A DNA stretch of 64,000 nucleotides from Octopus sinensis (taxonomy: Eukaryota). The stretch lies in the NCBI RefSeq assembly GCF_006345805.1, contig NC_043010.1:19096001-19160000 (forward strand), in the 5' to 3' direction. The notes beneath the pieces were generated by a model that was given only the letters and a program-made list of their open reading frames with translations, was not told where the DNA came from and ran no database searches. Made by a program: the position numbers and the translations under genes. Below are positions 1 to 13,254 of the stretch, one piece after another; position 1 is the first letter of the stretch; the number at the start of each line of letters is the position of its first letter.

Positions 1-863
1 ACACAATAATTTCATTATATTATATTATATACATATATATTCATATATAATTAAAAACAAACACACATATAAATATATATATATATATATATATCTGTGG
101 ATGCGCAATGGCCCAGTGGTTAGGGCAGCGGCCTCGCGGTTTCAGTTCCAAGACCGGGCATTGTGAGTGTTTATTGAGTGGAAACACCGAAAAGCTCCAC
201 GAGGCTCCGGCAGGGGGTGGTGGCGAACCCTGCTGTACTCTTTCACCACAACTTTCTCTCACTCTTTCTTCTGTTGACCTGCCCGCTTAGCCAGTGGAGT
301 GGCGTAATTTGAAGGCTAAAACAATGCGAAGCGCATTGTGACCAGCGATGTGTAGCAACTTCTGATAGCCTGGTCGGCCACGATGATCACGGTGATATAT
401 ATATATGTGTGTGTGTATATATATATTCTTTTATTCTTTTATAAGTTTCAGTCATTTGACTGCGGCCATGCTGGAGCACCGCCTTTAGTCGAGCAAATCG
501 ACCCCAGGACTTATTCTTCATAAGCCTAGTCTCTCTTGCTGAACTGCTAAGTGACAGGGACACACCAGTGGTTAGAGCAGCGAACTCGCGGTCGGAGGAT
601 CGCGGTTTCAATTCCCAGACCGGGCGTTGTGTGTTTATTGAAAGAAAACACCTAAAAGCTCCACGAGGCTCCGGCAGGGGGGGTGTGGGTGGCGACACCT
701 GTTGTACTCTTTCGTCACAACTTTCTCTCATTCTCTCTTCCTGTTTCTTGAGTAATGCTGCTATGGACTGCTGGGGGGAACACAGAAACTAGGAAACTGG
801 GCCCATGAGCCTGGCTAGGCTTGAAAAGGGCGACGTTTATCGTTAAAGATACACACATATATA

Positions 864-907
<44 letters not shown>

Positions 908-1304
908 CACACACATGCACAAAGACACATATGCATATATATACACACATGCACACACACACATATATATGTGATTGTCATCATATGTATGCATAAACAG
1001 GTAGATTGAGAGATGGATAGGTAGACGAATGGGCGGACAGACGGATGAGTGGATGGATGGATAGACAGACAGATAGATAGACTGACAGACAGACAGATAG
1101 GCAGGCAGACACACAGACATGCAAGCAGGCAGGTAGAAAGGTAGGCCGGCAGACATACAGACAAACAAACCGATAGACAAACTGACAGACAAACAGGCAG
1201 ACAGACAAATAGATGGATAGATAAATGGATGACCTGAATTGCTGTTTTTGTGATTTTCCTGCAACTGAAGTTGTAGAAGGAACTTAAATAGGATCCGAAA
1301 TGAT

Positions 1305-1556
1305 TTAAGAGACACCAACACAAAACGACTCTAGTAAAACATGACTCAGGCTTAGCAAATAAAAGATAAAAGGGATTATTAAGAGGACAAGCAATGACAA
1401 AATGATTTCTAAATTGTCCAATAGGAAATGATATTGAGATTGATAAGTCTGGAGAAACAGATTCAAGATAGCAGGAACTGAAATATAATGTACAGATAAA
1501 TAATTGTCCTGTTCCAGCCGAGATAAAACCACTAAAAGAACAGTCATCATTGGTAG
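1305..1556 (-). CDS. Candidate exon, cDENN-like (LPMMTVLLVVLSRLEQDNYLSVHY...YQSQYHFL...LLIIPFIFYL...GVS*)
   Basis: Unique sequence after a pyrimidine tract and AAG acceptor. Phase 0 fits the 2645 donor. A second frame is also open to a weak donor near 1234, so the true frame is uncertain. Confidence 0.35.
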   Translation of the reverse strand, partial: LPMMTVLLVVLSRLEQDNYLSVHYISVPAILNLFLQTYQSQYHFLLDNLEIILSLLVLLIIPFIFYLLSLSHVLLESFCVGVS

Positions 1557-1655
1557 CTTTCAGTTGCAAAGAAAAGTATTTCATTAAGACATGTGCTCAG
1601 TATTTTGTTTGTCTTTTACTGAGAAACTATGGCGTGTGTGTGTGTATTGATAGAT

Positions 1656-1690
<35 letters not shown>

Positions 1691-1696
1691 CACATT

Positions 1697-1743
<47 letters not shown>

Positions 1744-2644
1744 GTATCTATCAATACACACACACACACACACACACACACATGCTTCATTAAATACACA
1801 GTTATGTTTAAGTTTTATCTTTTTCATATTTTCTAATTAGCCTTTTACAATTGGTTTGGAATGGTAGAGTTCCTAAATCCTTATCTGATATTTCCAGACC
1901 TTCAGTTTCATAATCCATAATTGTATTGGATATATTCGATATTTGTATCGTTTCTTATCGACCGATTGAATTTGTTGAGACAAATTGCTGAGTCAGGCCT
2001 GAATGTCCAGGAACTCATCAATGTGACATCTTTTTATTCTTTTACTTGTTTCAGTCATTTGACTGTGGCCATACTGGAGCATTGCCTTTTAGTCAAACAA
2101 ATTGACTCCAGGACTTATTCTGGGAAGCCAGAAGGCTGCACCAGACCCAGTCTGATCTGGAAATGTTTCTACGGCTGGATGCCCTTCCTAATGCCAACCA
2201 CTCCATGAGTGTAGTGGGTGCATTTTACGTGCCACCGGCACAGGTGCCAGACGGGGCTGGCAAATGGCCATGGAAGGATGGTGCTTTTTACATGCCACCG
2301 GCACGGGGGTCAGGCGAGGCTGGCAATATATATATATATATACACACATACATACAACAAGCTTCTTTCAGTTTCTGTTTACCAAATCCACTCACAAGGC
2401 TTTGGTCAACCTGAGGCTATACTAGAAAACACTTGCCCAAGGTGCCACACAGTGGGACTGAACCTGGAATCATTTGGTTGGGAAGCAAGCTACATACCAC
2501 ACAGCCACTTCTGCAATTGGTTGCAAACCTTTACTGATACCTTTTTTTTTTTTTTACTTTATTAGTATTACTAACAGCAATGGATAAGGCCTGATTGTCA
2601 TAACACACGACTGACATTGGTCTCAAATATTGAGCTTATCATAC

Positions 2645-2831
2645 CTCATTAAAGAGAAGCAAACCTATGGCTGTTTCCTTCTGGCAGTCAAAGCATGTCA
2701 AAACAAACATCAATTTTTGGTATTTCACAAGAATTTCAATTGCATGGCAAGAATTGTGGAATGAAGGTATGAAATGGGGCAGCTGTGGTGATGGGGGTAG
2801 CTCAAGGTTATTGGTGAGAGAGATCAAAGTT
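2645..2831 (-). CDS. Candidate exon, cDENN-like start (TLISLTNNLELPPSPQLPHFIP...AIGLLLFNE)
   Basis: TATATAG acceptor, strong GAG|GTATGA donor, 187 nt stop-free. Confidence 0.45.
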
Positions 2832-3644
2832 CTATATATGGAGTAACACAATAACTTACATAAATTGACAAATTAAATATAAATATGGAAATATTTATAT
2901 TTGTATATTTATATAGGTGCAAGCGTGGTTGTGTGGTAAGAAGTTGGAACCTGGAACTACATGGTTCTGAGTTCAGTCCCACTGTGTGGCACCTTGGACA
3001 GGTGTCTTCTACTATAGCCTGGGTCGACCAAAGCCTTGTGAGTGAAACTGGTAGATGGAAAAGAAGCCTATCATATGTATATTTGTGTGTGTGTGTGTGT
3101 GTGTGTTTTCCCTTCACCACTGCTTCTTGGTGTGCTTACACCTCCATAACTTAGTGGTTCGGTAAAAGAGGCTGATAGAATAGGTGCCAGGTTTCAAAAA
3201 GTAAAAGTCTTCAGGTCGATTCATTCAACTAAAATTTTTTCAAGGCGATGCCCCAGCATGGTCGCAGTCTAATGACTGAAACTAGTAAAAATCTATCTCT
3301 CTAGGTCATCTCTCAAGACACCCCAAAATATGTAAAAAAATAAACACTAAAAACTATAAAAACCTCAATGAAATTGATGGTTCTTTGACAGAAGATCCCG
3401 AATTTTGTGTGGAAGATAAAAGGTGGCCATGGGTGACCTTTTATTTGGGAAGAAAGCTTCATGTGACATGGTTGACTCTCAGGTAGGCTGCACTATTAAA
3501 AGGTCACAAAGAAATTTTGCACCATGTCTTGTCCATAATTAACATTGGGGCTTAAATCCATGAAGAATATGACTGGTCTTTTTTTATAACCATTGTCTCC
3601 ATAAATATAAAAGGTAAATTTATCCAGGCATAATTTGAATGTAC

Positions 3645-3731
3645 CTGTAATATATCCCCAGAGTGGTGCTCTGCTGGTTCTACCATTCAAGTTTGTTTGA
3701 GAATGAAAATACAGCATCAGAAGTAAGTGTT
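3645..3731 (-). CDS. Weak candidate exon (HLLLMLYFHSQTNLNGRTSRAPLWGYIT)
   Basis: TCTTCCTTCAG acceptor, CAG|GTACAT donor, 87 nt, phase 1-1. Resembles the DENN L..LY....PLE.YI segment, but its phase does not match the neighbouring candidates. Confidence 0.25.
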
Positions 3732-4785
3732 CTGAAGGAAGACTACTTTCAATGTAAGTGGGGCATGTTGATAGAAGTAATAGCTATAACTTTAATACAG
3801 GTGATATCCTCCTCCTCCTCATCATCATCATCATCGTCGTCATCGTTTAGGGTCCGCTTTCCATACTGGCATGGGTTGGAGGGTTTGACTGAGGTCTGGA
3901 GAGCCAGTGGCTGCACCAGGCTCCAATCTGATCTGGCAATGTTTCTACAGCTGGATGCCTTTTCTAACACCAACCACTCTGAGAGTGTAGTGGGTGCTTT
4001 TTGCGTGCCACCGGCACAGAAGCCAGTCAGGTGGGCCTGGCATCAATCACATCCGCATAGTGCTTTTTACATGCCACCAGCACAGGGGCCAGTCAGGGGG
4101 TACTGGCATTGGCCACATTCGGATGATGCTTTTTACGTACCACTGGTACGGGGGCCAGTCGGGCAGACCTGGCATCAACCATGTTTGGATGGTGCTTTTT
4201 ACATGCCACCAGCACGGACCAGTCAGAGGTCATTGGCCACAGCTACGATATTGGTAGATGGCTATGTAATATAGAATGATAGGTGGTATAGAGTTGTATG
4301 TGACATATATTGCTTCATAGGTGTTACCAAGTCACCTATCCCGTTAGAACACTCCAACATGACGTGGCTAAACTCAAATATTATAGCAATTTGATCTGAG
4401 AACTTAAAAAGCTACAATAAATATTACAAAATATTTTTTCAACATGCTAACAATTTAAATAATAATAATAATAATAATAATAACAACAACAACAACCACA
4501 ACAACAACAACAACAACAATAATAATGATAAAATAATAATAATAATAATAATAATAATGGTTTCAAATTTTGCCACAAAGGCAACAATTTTGGGAGAGAG
4601 GATGAGTTGATAACATCAACCCCATCAATATGCCCCATCAACTGGCACTTAATTTATTGATCCCCATCCCCAAAGGATGAAAGGCAAAGTTGACCTTAGC
4701 AGAATTTGAACTCAGAACAAAGCAACAGGTGAAATACCACTAAGCATTTTGCTCAGCATGCTAATGGTTCTGCCAGTTCACTGCC

Positions 4786-4820
<35 letters not shown>

Positions 4821-4824
<4 letters not shown>

Positions 4825-5630
4825 GCCCTGATGCAGTACCAGGCAGTGGCTCTCATGGCTTCTGATCTTAACTGATTGGAAGTGTTATCATGTACATTGT
4901 TTTGTCTTGGTATAAAAGATGGGCTACAGCAAATATTCTGCTCAATACCACAGATTTGCTTGTCAGTTGTTTGACCTTAATCAGTTGAGCATGTCCCTTA
5001 GTGGCTGACGATATGTGCATCTCTGATCACGAGCAGAAGTAGTGGGGGAGCATCATAGCCATGTGTTGAGAAGGATTCTTTGGGGTTTGAATAATTCACC
5101 TCTGGAAACATGGGTGTTTCGTTCAACGTCCTTAAACAACCCTTATTCAGGGACCTTTTGAGCGGAATGGGTTACTCGATCTGAAGAAAATTCTAACTGG
5201 GCTCCACCTGCAAGGTCATGTGCTGTTTATCTTGATATGAGATCACCATGTCGCGCACATATGGTTGTGATGCATGTGCCTGGTGTACCCTTATCAGACG
5301 GGTAGTCATGATGGGTATACTGGGCTTCGTATATTTTACCCCAGTGTCACTTTGATATAATAATAATAATAATAATAATAATTGTGTACAGTGCTCAGGT
5401 GCACTACAACTCATCTAAAGTGTATATATAATCAGGTGTAGTTTCGGCGGATTTCGGAAAGCATGAGGGCCTTAAAAGATGCAGTGTCATGGCAGTCAAC
5501 AACTGACGCAGGCAGTTTATTCCATGCTTCAGCAACTCTGAGTGTGAAAAAATGTTTCCGAAAGTCATGGGAGCTGTATTGTTTTCTGACTTTGTAGGCA
5601 TGTCCACGGCATGCTCTGCTCGCTCACTCA
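4821..5630 (+). mobile_element. About 560-nt non-coding SINE-like repeat associated with (TAA)n, interrupted here by CR1. Other copies at about 7243-7540(+), 33358-33475(-), 54850-55383(-)
   Basis: Near-identical copies. The complete ones are flanked by TAA/TTA runs on both sides. No ORF or TIR recognised. Confidence 0.85.
5357..5608 (-). mobile_element. 5'-truncated CR1-type LINE with (TTA)n tail, inserted in the TAA-associated SINE-like element
   Basis: 5608-5432 translates RGHAYKVRKQYSSHDFRKHFFTLRVAEAWNKLPASVVDCHDTASFKALML...*, the canonical CR1/L2 ORF2 C-terminus. Confidence 0.9.
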
Positions 5631-5654
5631 ATAATAATAATAATAATAATAATA

Positions 5655-6012
5655 TGAGCACTCAGAAAGCACAGACCTCCTCCAAGGCAACACCAACATC
5701 CTCTCAACGATTAGCCAGGGATGATTTTTAAAATGAGAATATCTGAAATAAACTTGACTGCTCTCACTAATGAGAATACTAAAAATGAACCCGACCACTC
5801 TCAAAAATTAAGTAAAAGAATAAGGAAAAGTAATCCAGAATCCTTGTCTGGTACTGGATCGATCCCAAAATCTAATCAGTTTGTGCCAGTCATGAGTCCA
5901 AACATCTCTGAAAGTTTCATCTGAATCCATCTTGAGATATCTTGTCCACGGACAAACAAACAAACACAACTGATAACAATACCTCCACCTTCACGAAGGT
6001 GGAGGTAATAAT
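5655..6012 (-). mobile_element. Non-autonomous Helentron/DINE-1-like (HINE) element
   Basis: Palindrome TACCTCCACCTTC-AC-GAAGGTGGAGGTA (5980-6007) at one end. At the other end, the matching subterminal repeat ACCTCCTCCAAGG plus a small imperfect hairpin. Internal (GTTT)n. Confidence 0.7.
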
Positions 6013-6246
6013 AATCCTTTCTATTAAGAGTACAAGGCCAGAAATTCGGGTGGGGGTGGGGGAACTGGTTGATTAAATCGACTCCAATATTCGACTGGTA
6101 TTTATTTCATCAACTCTGAAAGGATGTAAGGCAAAGTTGACCTCGGTGGAATTTGAACTCAGAATGTAAGGACAGATGAAATACTGCTAAGAACTTTGCT
6201 TGGCGTGCTAATAATTCTGCCAGTTCACTGCCTTAATAATAATAAT

Positions 6247-6284
<38 letters not shown>

Positions 6285-6399
6285 TAGTAATGATAATAAT
6301 AGTAATGATAATAACAATAATAATAATAGTAATAATAATAATAATAATAGTAATAGTAATAATAACAACAACAACAACAATAATAGCAACAACGATAAT

Positions 6400-6592
6400 A
6401 TGTTGAGTGGAACATAAAGGAAATAGGAATGGAGTTGTTGGAAAAAGATTGCCTCTTTGGCATGGCTAGAATCATCAGGAAAGTATTAGACAGTTGAAGA
6501 GAACAGGTAGCATGGTATTGTTGGCTGCAGGTAGCAAACCCGTTACTCATGTAAGATTCCAGGAGTTCCAACAAAACCTAAGTTAAAAGAAT
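6400..6592 (+). mobile_element. 3' fragment of an R4/Dong-like RLE retrotransposon in (AAT)n
   Basis: EIGMELLEKDCLFGMARIIRKVLDS* (stop 6495-6497), flanked by AAT repeats. Confidence 0.75.
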
Positions 6593-7960
6593 AATAATAA
6601 CTTTCTAATTTGGTCACAAGGCCATTGCTGGAAGTTTATTACAATGGCTGACAATAAAACACCTTGTTGTATTGAATGAGAAAAGAAAAAAATCTTGTTG
6701 TATTGAATGAGAAAAGAAAAAAAAACATAAAATATTTATTAACTAATAAAGATAATTGTTTCTAATTTTGGTAGAAAGCCAGAAAATTTGAGGGGGAGGG
6801 GGTGCAAATCAATTACAACAACACCAGTTCTTGATGGTTACTTATTTTATCAACGTCAAAAGAGTGGAAGGTAACGTTGACCTTGACAGAGTTTGACGCA
6901 TTCAGTCTGAGGAGATGGATGAAATGACACCAAGAATTTGGTCCACTATTCCAACAATTGTACCAACTTGGCATCTGAAAAATAATAATGATTTCAAATT
7001 TTTGCCACAAGGGCAGCTTGGGGGTGTGGAGGGGATTAAGTCAATTACACAGACCCCAGTGTATAACTGGTACTAATTCAATTGACCCTAAAAGGATGAA
7101 CGGCAAAGTCACCCTCAGCGGAATTTGAGTTATGGGCAAAATATCGCTAAGCATTTCGCCCGGCGTGCTAACAATTCTGCCGGCTCTCTGCTTTAACAAC
7201 AACAACGATGATGATGATGATATTAATAACAACAATAATATTATGGGTTTGAATAATTCACCTTTTGAAACATGGGTGTTTCATTCAACATCTTTAAACA
7301 TCTTATTCAGGGACCTTTTGAGCGGGATGGGTTACTTGACCTGAAGAAAATTCTAACTGGGCCCCATTTTCAAAGTCATGCACTGTTTATCTTGATATGA
7401 GATCACCATGTCGTGCACATATGGTTGTGATGCATGTGCCTGGTGTACTCTTATCAGATGGGTAGTCATGATGGGTATACTGGGCTTCATATATTTTAGC
7501 CCAGTGTGACTTTGATGGTATGCACTGCTCTCTCACACAATAATAATAATAATAATAATAATCAAGGCCTGAAGTTTAGGAGGAGGGACTAGTTGATTAG
7601 ATTGACCTCAGTGTTTCATTGGTTCTTAATTTATCAACCCTGAAGGAATGAAAGAGAAAGTCGACCTTGGTGGAATTTGAACCCTGAATGTAAAAACAGG
7701 CAAAATGCTGCTGAGCATTCTGCCCGGTATGCTGATTAGTCTACCTAATCACTGCATTAATTATAATACTAATACTAAAAATAATAACAACGGTGATGGT
7801 AATTATTGCTAAGACATCAATAGCTATTTTGTATTTAAGCAAAAAATGATGGAACTTGAGTAGGATTCAATATGTTGCTGCTGGTAATGTTTTAGGCTGA
7901 GCTCAGGCCTGGATCCGGTCGACAGACCAGACATATGATGAAACACATTCTTATTGTTAC

Positions 7961-8083
7961 CATTCCATCTTCTAAACAGACTGCGGAATCTGACATGGTC
8001 TTGCTTTCTCTTAAGACAGTTGCATGTGACTTGCGGACGATATGCCTGCAATTTCTCTCGTACGGAGCATCTACATAGTGACT
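7961..8083 (-). CDS. Weak candidate exon (123 nt, open in phases 0 and 1)
   Basis: GACAG acceptor and ATG|GTAACA donor. GC-richer unique sequence, but the donor lies in an old repeat also seen near 34120-34180. Confidence 0.25.
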
Positions 8084-8291
8084 CTGTCATTGGGTAGAGA
8101 CATTGATGATGATGATGATGATGACGATGACAACGACGACGATGTTGATGATGAAGATGGTGGTGGTTTATTGTAGGAGAATAAGACAGTTGTTGTACAG
8201 ACAAATCACAGGGGGTGTGGTAATGCAGACAAACACACACGCAAACACACACACACACACACACACATACACACACAAACACACACCCATA

Positions 8292-9497
8292 CAGGTGTGT
8301 AATGTAGTTTTTGGGTCATTGCTGCATTTTTTGCTAAGTCTGTATAATCTTTCTTTCAGAAAATAATAATGGCAAAGCTTACTCAAGAAATGAAGAGGCA
8401 TGCTGTTATTGTGGTTATAAAGGCTGAGCATGGGGATTTAGAAATATCTTGATCTTTAAAGTTGCCAGATCTTTCATCTACAAAGTTTGTAAGATGGAAA
8501 TGTTTCACCAGTATCAAAGCAAAAAAAAAAAAAGCATTCTAAATGCTCCGAAATCATCAGAATTTATCCAGCAAGTTCAACAGACCATTGATTACAATCC
8601 CAGAAAGTCCATGAGGTCAATTGCAAAAGAACTCCATGTGTCAGAAGAAACAGTCAGAAATGTTGTTCACGAAGACATCAGATATAAGTCTTATATGATG
8701 AGGAAAGGTCAATTTGTCAGAGAAAGCAAAGAAAATCACTACATCAGATCTAAAACTGAAAAATCCAGCAGAAGAAGAACTGATTTGGTTTTTCTCAAAC
8801 GAGAAAAACTTCGACCAAGATCAAAAATGTTAACATAAGAAATGACAGATGGTTCTGTGCAGACCTTTCTGAAGTTCCAAGTGTTATGCATACAAAATTT
8901 CCTGCAACTGTCATGGTTTTAGAGGTTGTCAGCAATGAAGGACATGTGATGCCTCCTTACTTACTTATTTCCACAAGGCCTTAGAGTTAACTCTGCTGCC
9001 TACATTGAGGTCCTGGAAATAATTGTTAAGCCCTGGATAGACACTGTATGTAATGGAAGGTCATATGTACTTCAGTAAATCTCTGCACTATCACACATGG
9101 CTCTAGTAACACAGGAATGGATAGCTGAATATTTTCATGATCACATAACCCCTAACATTTGGATCCCTAATTCCCCAAATCTCAATCCATTGGACTATTA
9201 TATATGGAGGATTACTGAGAGAGAGGTCAATGAACACGCCCATAACACCAAAGCTGCCATAGTCAGAGTAATGTCCAAAATGAACCAGGACCACTTGATT
9301 CGAGCATGTAGATGATTTAGATCTCATATAGAAGCAGTTGTTGAAGCTGAAGGTGGCTTTATTGAATAACATTATAGAAAAGAACGTTTATTTTTATCCT
9401 CATAACATTTTTTGATAAATAAAGTTATTATCTATTATTATATATCTGTTTTTTTTTTATAACCATAAATCTGTCCTCAAATATCTTATGCACCCAG
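8292..9497 (+). mobile_element. Decayed maT/D,D37D (Bmmar1-like) Tc1-mariner superfamily transposon
   Basis: HTH NPRKSMRSIAKELHVSEETVRNVVHED, F-S-(D)EKNF, and 37 residues between the mutated second Asp and SPNLNPLDYYIW. TA-flanked ends CAGGTG / CACCCAG. Confidence 0.88.
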
Positions 9498-9750
9498 TAT
9501 GCATGCATGTTGTTTTAAAATTTAGAAAACTGAATTCCACCTACATATGACAAGTGTTGCTGGAAGGCCACAAGTGATTGGCATATAAGAACATATCAAT
9601 TGCAATGTTATACATAGGAAAAAGCTAAGTGGATGGAAGAATTGATTGATTAATAGGTATAGACACAGATAGACATATATATACACAGGTAAGTAAATAT
9701 ATATAGATGATAGACAGACATACATATATATATCTGTGTGTGTGTGTGTG

Positions 9751-9790
<40 letters not shown>

Positions 9791-9876
9791 TATATATATA
9801 TATGTAGCGGCTATGGTTTCGTTGTTTGGAGGTCTTACACATGCATACACACACATGCATAATACTTACATATATA

Positions 9877-9931
<55 letters not shown>

Positions 9932-10067
9932 ATGTGTGTGTAAGTATATATATATATATATACACATACAGACATACATAGAGAGAGAGAGAAGGAGATA
10001 GATAGATAAATAGATTGATAGATAGACGATAGAATGATAGATAGATTGATATATGTATATGTGTGTG

Positions 10068-10115
<48 letters not shown>

Positions 10116-10394
10116 CACAGAGAGAGATAAAGCTGAAAAGAAATGCGGATACAGAAATAGAAAGAGATAGACATACATGCATGCATGAATGCATACAGAC
10201 AGACAAACATGGGTGCACACAGACACATACACATAAACAGACTGACTTAGACAGGCAGATAACTAGACAGACAGACATAGACACAGACAGACATAGACAC
10301 AGACAGACATAGACACATACAGACTGACCGACAGACAGATAGAGAGATAGAGTGACAGACAGACATGGACAAACAGACAGATTGACACCCAAAC

Positions 10395-10425
<31 letters not shown>

Positions 10426-10435
10426 ATATATAACG

Positions 10436-10512
<77 letters not shown>

Positions 10513-10591
10513 GATAGACAGACAGACAGTAAGATAGATTGAAGACAGATATAAGATAATAGAGATTGATTGTTTGATTAAATGAACTTAC

Positions 10592-10639
10592 CTTGAAATA
10601 AGTCTGACTGTCTCTGTGGTAAATTATCTTGATTACTGG
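10592..10639 (-). CDS. Candidate 48-nt exon (PVIKIIYHRDSQTYFK in phase 0)
   Basis: TTCATTAG acceptor and consensus AAG|GTAAGT donor. Unique island inside microsatellites. Confidence 0.55.
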
Positions 10640-10714
10640 CTAATGAATTAAAATACAATCACACAGCCAGACACACAATTACACTGGCAAAAACATATCT
10701 AATTACATACATAT

Positions 10715-10749
<35 letters not shown>

Positions 10750-10754
10750 GTACA

Positions 10755-10792
<38 letters not shown>

Positions 10793-11531
10793 AATACATA
10801 TGTGTGTGTGTGTGTGTGTGCATGTAAATATATATAAGTATGTATATATGTATTCTCATACAAACAGAAATACATTCACACACTTGCACGCACATACACA
10901 CAAACACACATATTTATAAACAGGCACGCTTCACACACATACGCACTACACACATACACACACTGAGAGAGAGAGAGACACACCGTACCCTCCCCTTCGT
11001 TCTGGGTGTTTTGAATTAACATGTCTTTTGTTTTTAGATTTTCAGATGTTATGATGAGATCTGACTTCACAAAACTCTCTCCGCGTAAACGTGTGTGTGT
11101 GTGTACTTGGTCGTACACACACACACATATATATAATGAACACATATTTATATATGTTTGTATGTGTGTATGTAAGAATGCCTGAATATATTGTAATATT
11201 ACCAAGGGAAAATACCTCAGTCTAGTGTACTGAATATTAAATAAAAATATAGTTAGGTCCAGTCCTATTCTCAACTACTTAACAACCTTGAAGCTGTCTA
11301 TATGTCTGTCTGTCTGTCCATCCATCCATCCATCTTGCTATCTATACGCACATACACTCTGATATGTATTTGTGTGTTTTGTATAAGTGTGTATACATGC
11401 ACACACACATACACACACATTCCATGTACATACATCTGTATGATATGTGTAATTGAAAAAAGTTTGCAATTTTTCACAGACATTTTTCTCATAACAGTGA
11501 CCCCCTCCACCTGCGAACCTCAGAGACATAC

Positions 11532-11621
11532 CTGGTGGTAATTAAGTGTGATGGAGTTATCTTCTTTCATACCAAATACTGACTTATTCACAATGGTAAT
11601 TGGAAAGATACAATAATTTTC
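11532..11621 (-). CDS. Candidate exon (ENYCIFPITIVNKSVFGMKEDNSITLNYHQ)
   Basis: TTTTAAG acceptor, strong CAG|GTATGT donor, 90 nt, open only in phase 0. Confidence 0.5.
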
Positions 11622-13152
11622 CTTAAAATGTACTTTTATCAAAACCAAACTCCAGCATGGCCACAATCCATTCACTGAAACCAATTAAAGGATCCTTAGA
11701 AAACATTAATAAGCATCATCTGGACACTGGTTAATTAAAAAGTCAACAGTTTTAAGTGTGGTTTATGGCACAAGAAGTATGGACGTGTGAGACATTTTTG
11801 GAAATGACCAAAATCTTAGTCTCATGACAGACGCTGTATTAAGTCCAGATATGGCTGTCTGGTTGACAAGTTCTTTTCACAGCTATGTTTGATATAAGCT
11901 TGATCCCACTCTGCAGTTCTTTGGGCACTCGTCTTCCATCATAGCTTCAGGGAGTGGAATTAATTGACAAAAAGACTGCAGAAACCAAAAGTACATATGT
12001 ATCATCATCATCATCATCATCGCCGTTGTTGTCATCATTGCCATTGTTCTCCTCTTCCTCCCTCTCCCTTCCTCTCTCCATCTTCCACGTCTACTTCCTC
12101 CTCCTCCTCCTCCTCCCCGGCGCCGCCGCCGCCACCGCCGCCGCCACCGCAACCGCCACCACCACCAACACCAAAGGGGCTGAATTGCAACAGAAATAGG
12201 ATAACAGAAGGATTAGGGTTCCCTTTTGCTATGATTTCATGGGTCAAATCAGAAATACCGTGACTAGATGCTTATCGTGTGACAGTCCCTTCCTCTTTCC
12301 AAGCAATTCATTTTCCCCCAAGTCCTATTTCTTCTCAAACACAACCAGCTCAATGGCCAGACATGTTTTTACAGAATGGCACCTGTGCCGGTGGAATGTG
12401 TAAAAGATTCGAGCAAGGTCATTGCCAGTACCGCCTGACTGGCCCCGTGCTGGTAGCACGTAAAAGAACCCACTACACTCTCGGAGTGGTTGGCATTAGG
12501 AAGGGCAAGACACCATTCGAGCATGATCATTACCAGCATCACCTTACTGGCACCTGTGCCGGTAGCATGTGTAAAAGATTCGAGCAAAGGTCGTTGCCAG
12601 TACCGCCTGACTGGCCCTCATGCTGGTGGCACATAAAAAGCACCCACTACACTCTCGGAGTGGTTGGTGTTAGGAAGGGCATCCAGCTGTAGAAACTCTG
12701 CCAGATCAAGATTGGAGCCTGGTGCAGCCATCTGGTTTGCCAGCCCTCAGTCATTCGTCCAGCCCATGCTAGCATGGAAAGCGGACATTAAACGATGATG
12801 ATGATGATGATGATGATGACTGCAAATGAAGGAACACAACCTGTGTGATGATAATGTTTGTCTACACACACATGTATGTATGTCATTATTAAGTTTTATT
12901 TCAAGATTTCTTGAATAAGATAAAGAGCTGGTTTCTAACCTAGATCCAACGCTCCTTTATTGCAATTTCTACAACATCAACAGAGTATGTATGTATATAT
13001 ATGTGAAAATTTGTATGCTTTGTTTTGTGTATATATTCTCATGTGTGTGAAGACGATTCACTGAGAGACGATATCTTTTTATAAATAAACTGTTTTTATT
13101 TGTAAGTCTAATAAAACTTTTTTGTAATTTTTACTTTGTTTTTAAAAAATGT

Positions 13153-13250
13153 AGGCATATTGTCCTTTCGGCAAATTGTCCAATTGGTCACTTGTCCTGT
13201 TTGTAAGTTGTCTGTCAGCCAACTGTCTGATGACAAATTGTCTGTCTACC
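13153..13250. mobile_element. Terminus of a Mutator/Foldback-like element with 15-bp subterminal tandem repeats
   Basis: About 6 degenerate 15-bp units (GGCAAATTGTCC-like) ending in GTCTACC. Superfamily assignment is inferred. Confidence 0.4.
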
Positions 13251-13254
13251 GTTC

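Noticed and set aside
1810-2030. Protein-like minus-strand stretch (TIMDYETEGLEISDKDLGTLPF...)
   Set aside because: Stops in all frames and no convincing splice-site pair. No family recognised.
3990-4255. Regularly spaced repeats with variable intervening sequence, CRISPR-like at first sight
   Set aside because: The spacers are similar to each other, the array lies in an RTE 3' UTR, the DNA is eukaryotic and there are no cas genes.
9522-10392. Many long ORFs rich in YI/CV/HT/LSIY (also 815-1321, 41258-41812, 42147-42782, 43644-44641, 47367-47968)
   Set aside because: Translations of TA, CA, CTAT and TACA microsatellites, which lack stop codons.
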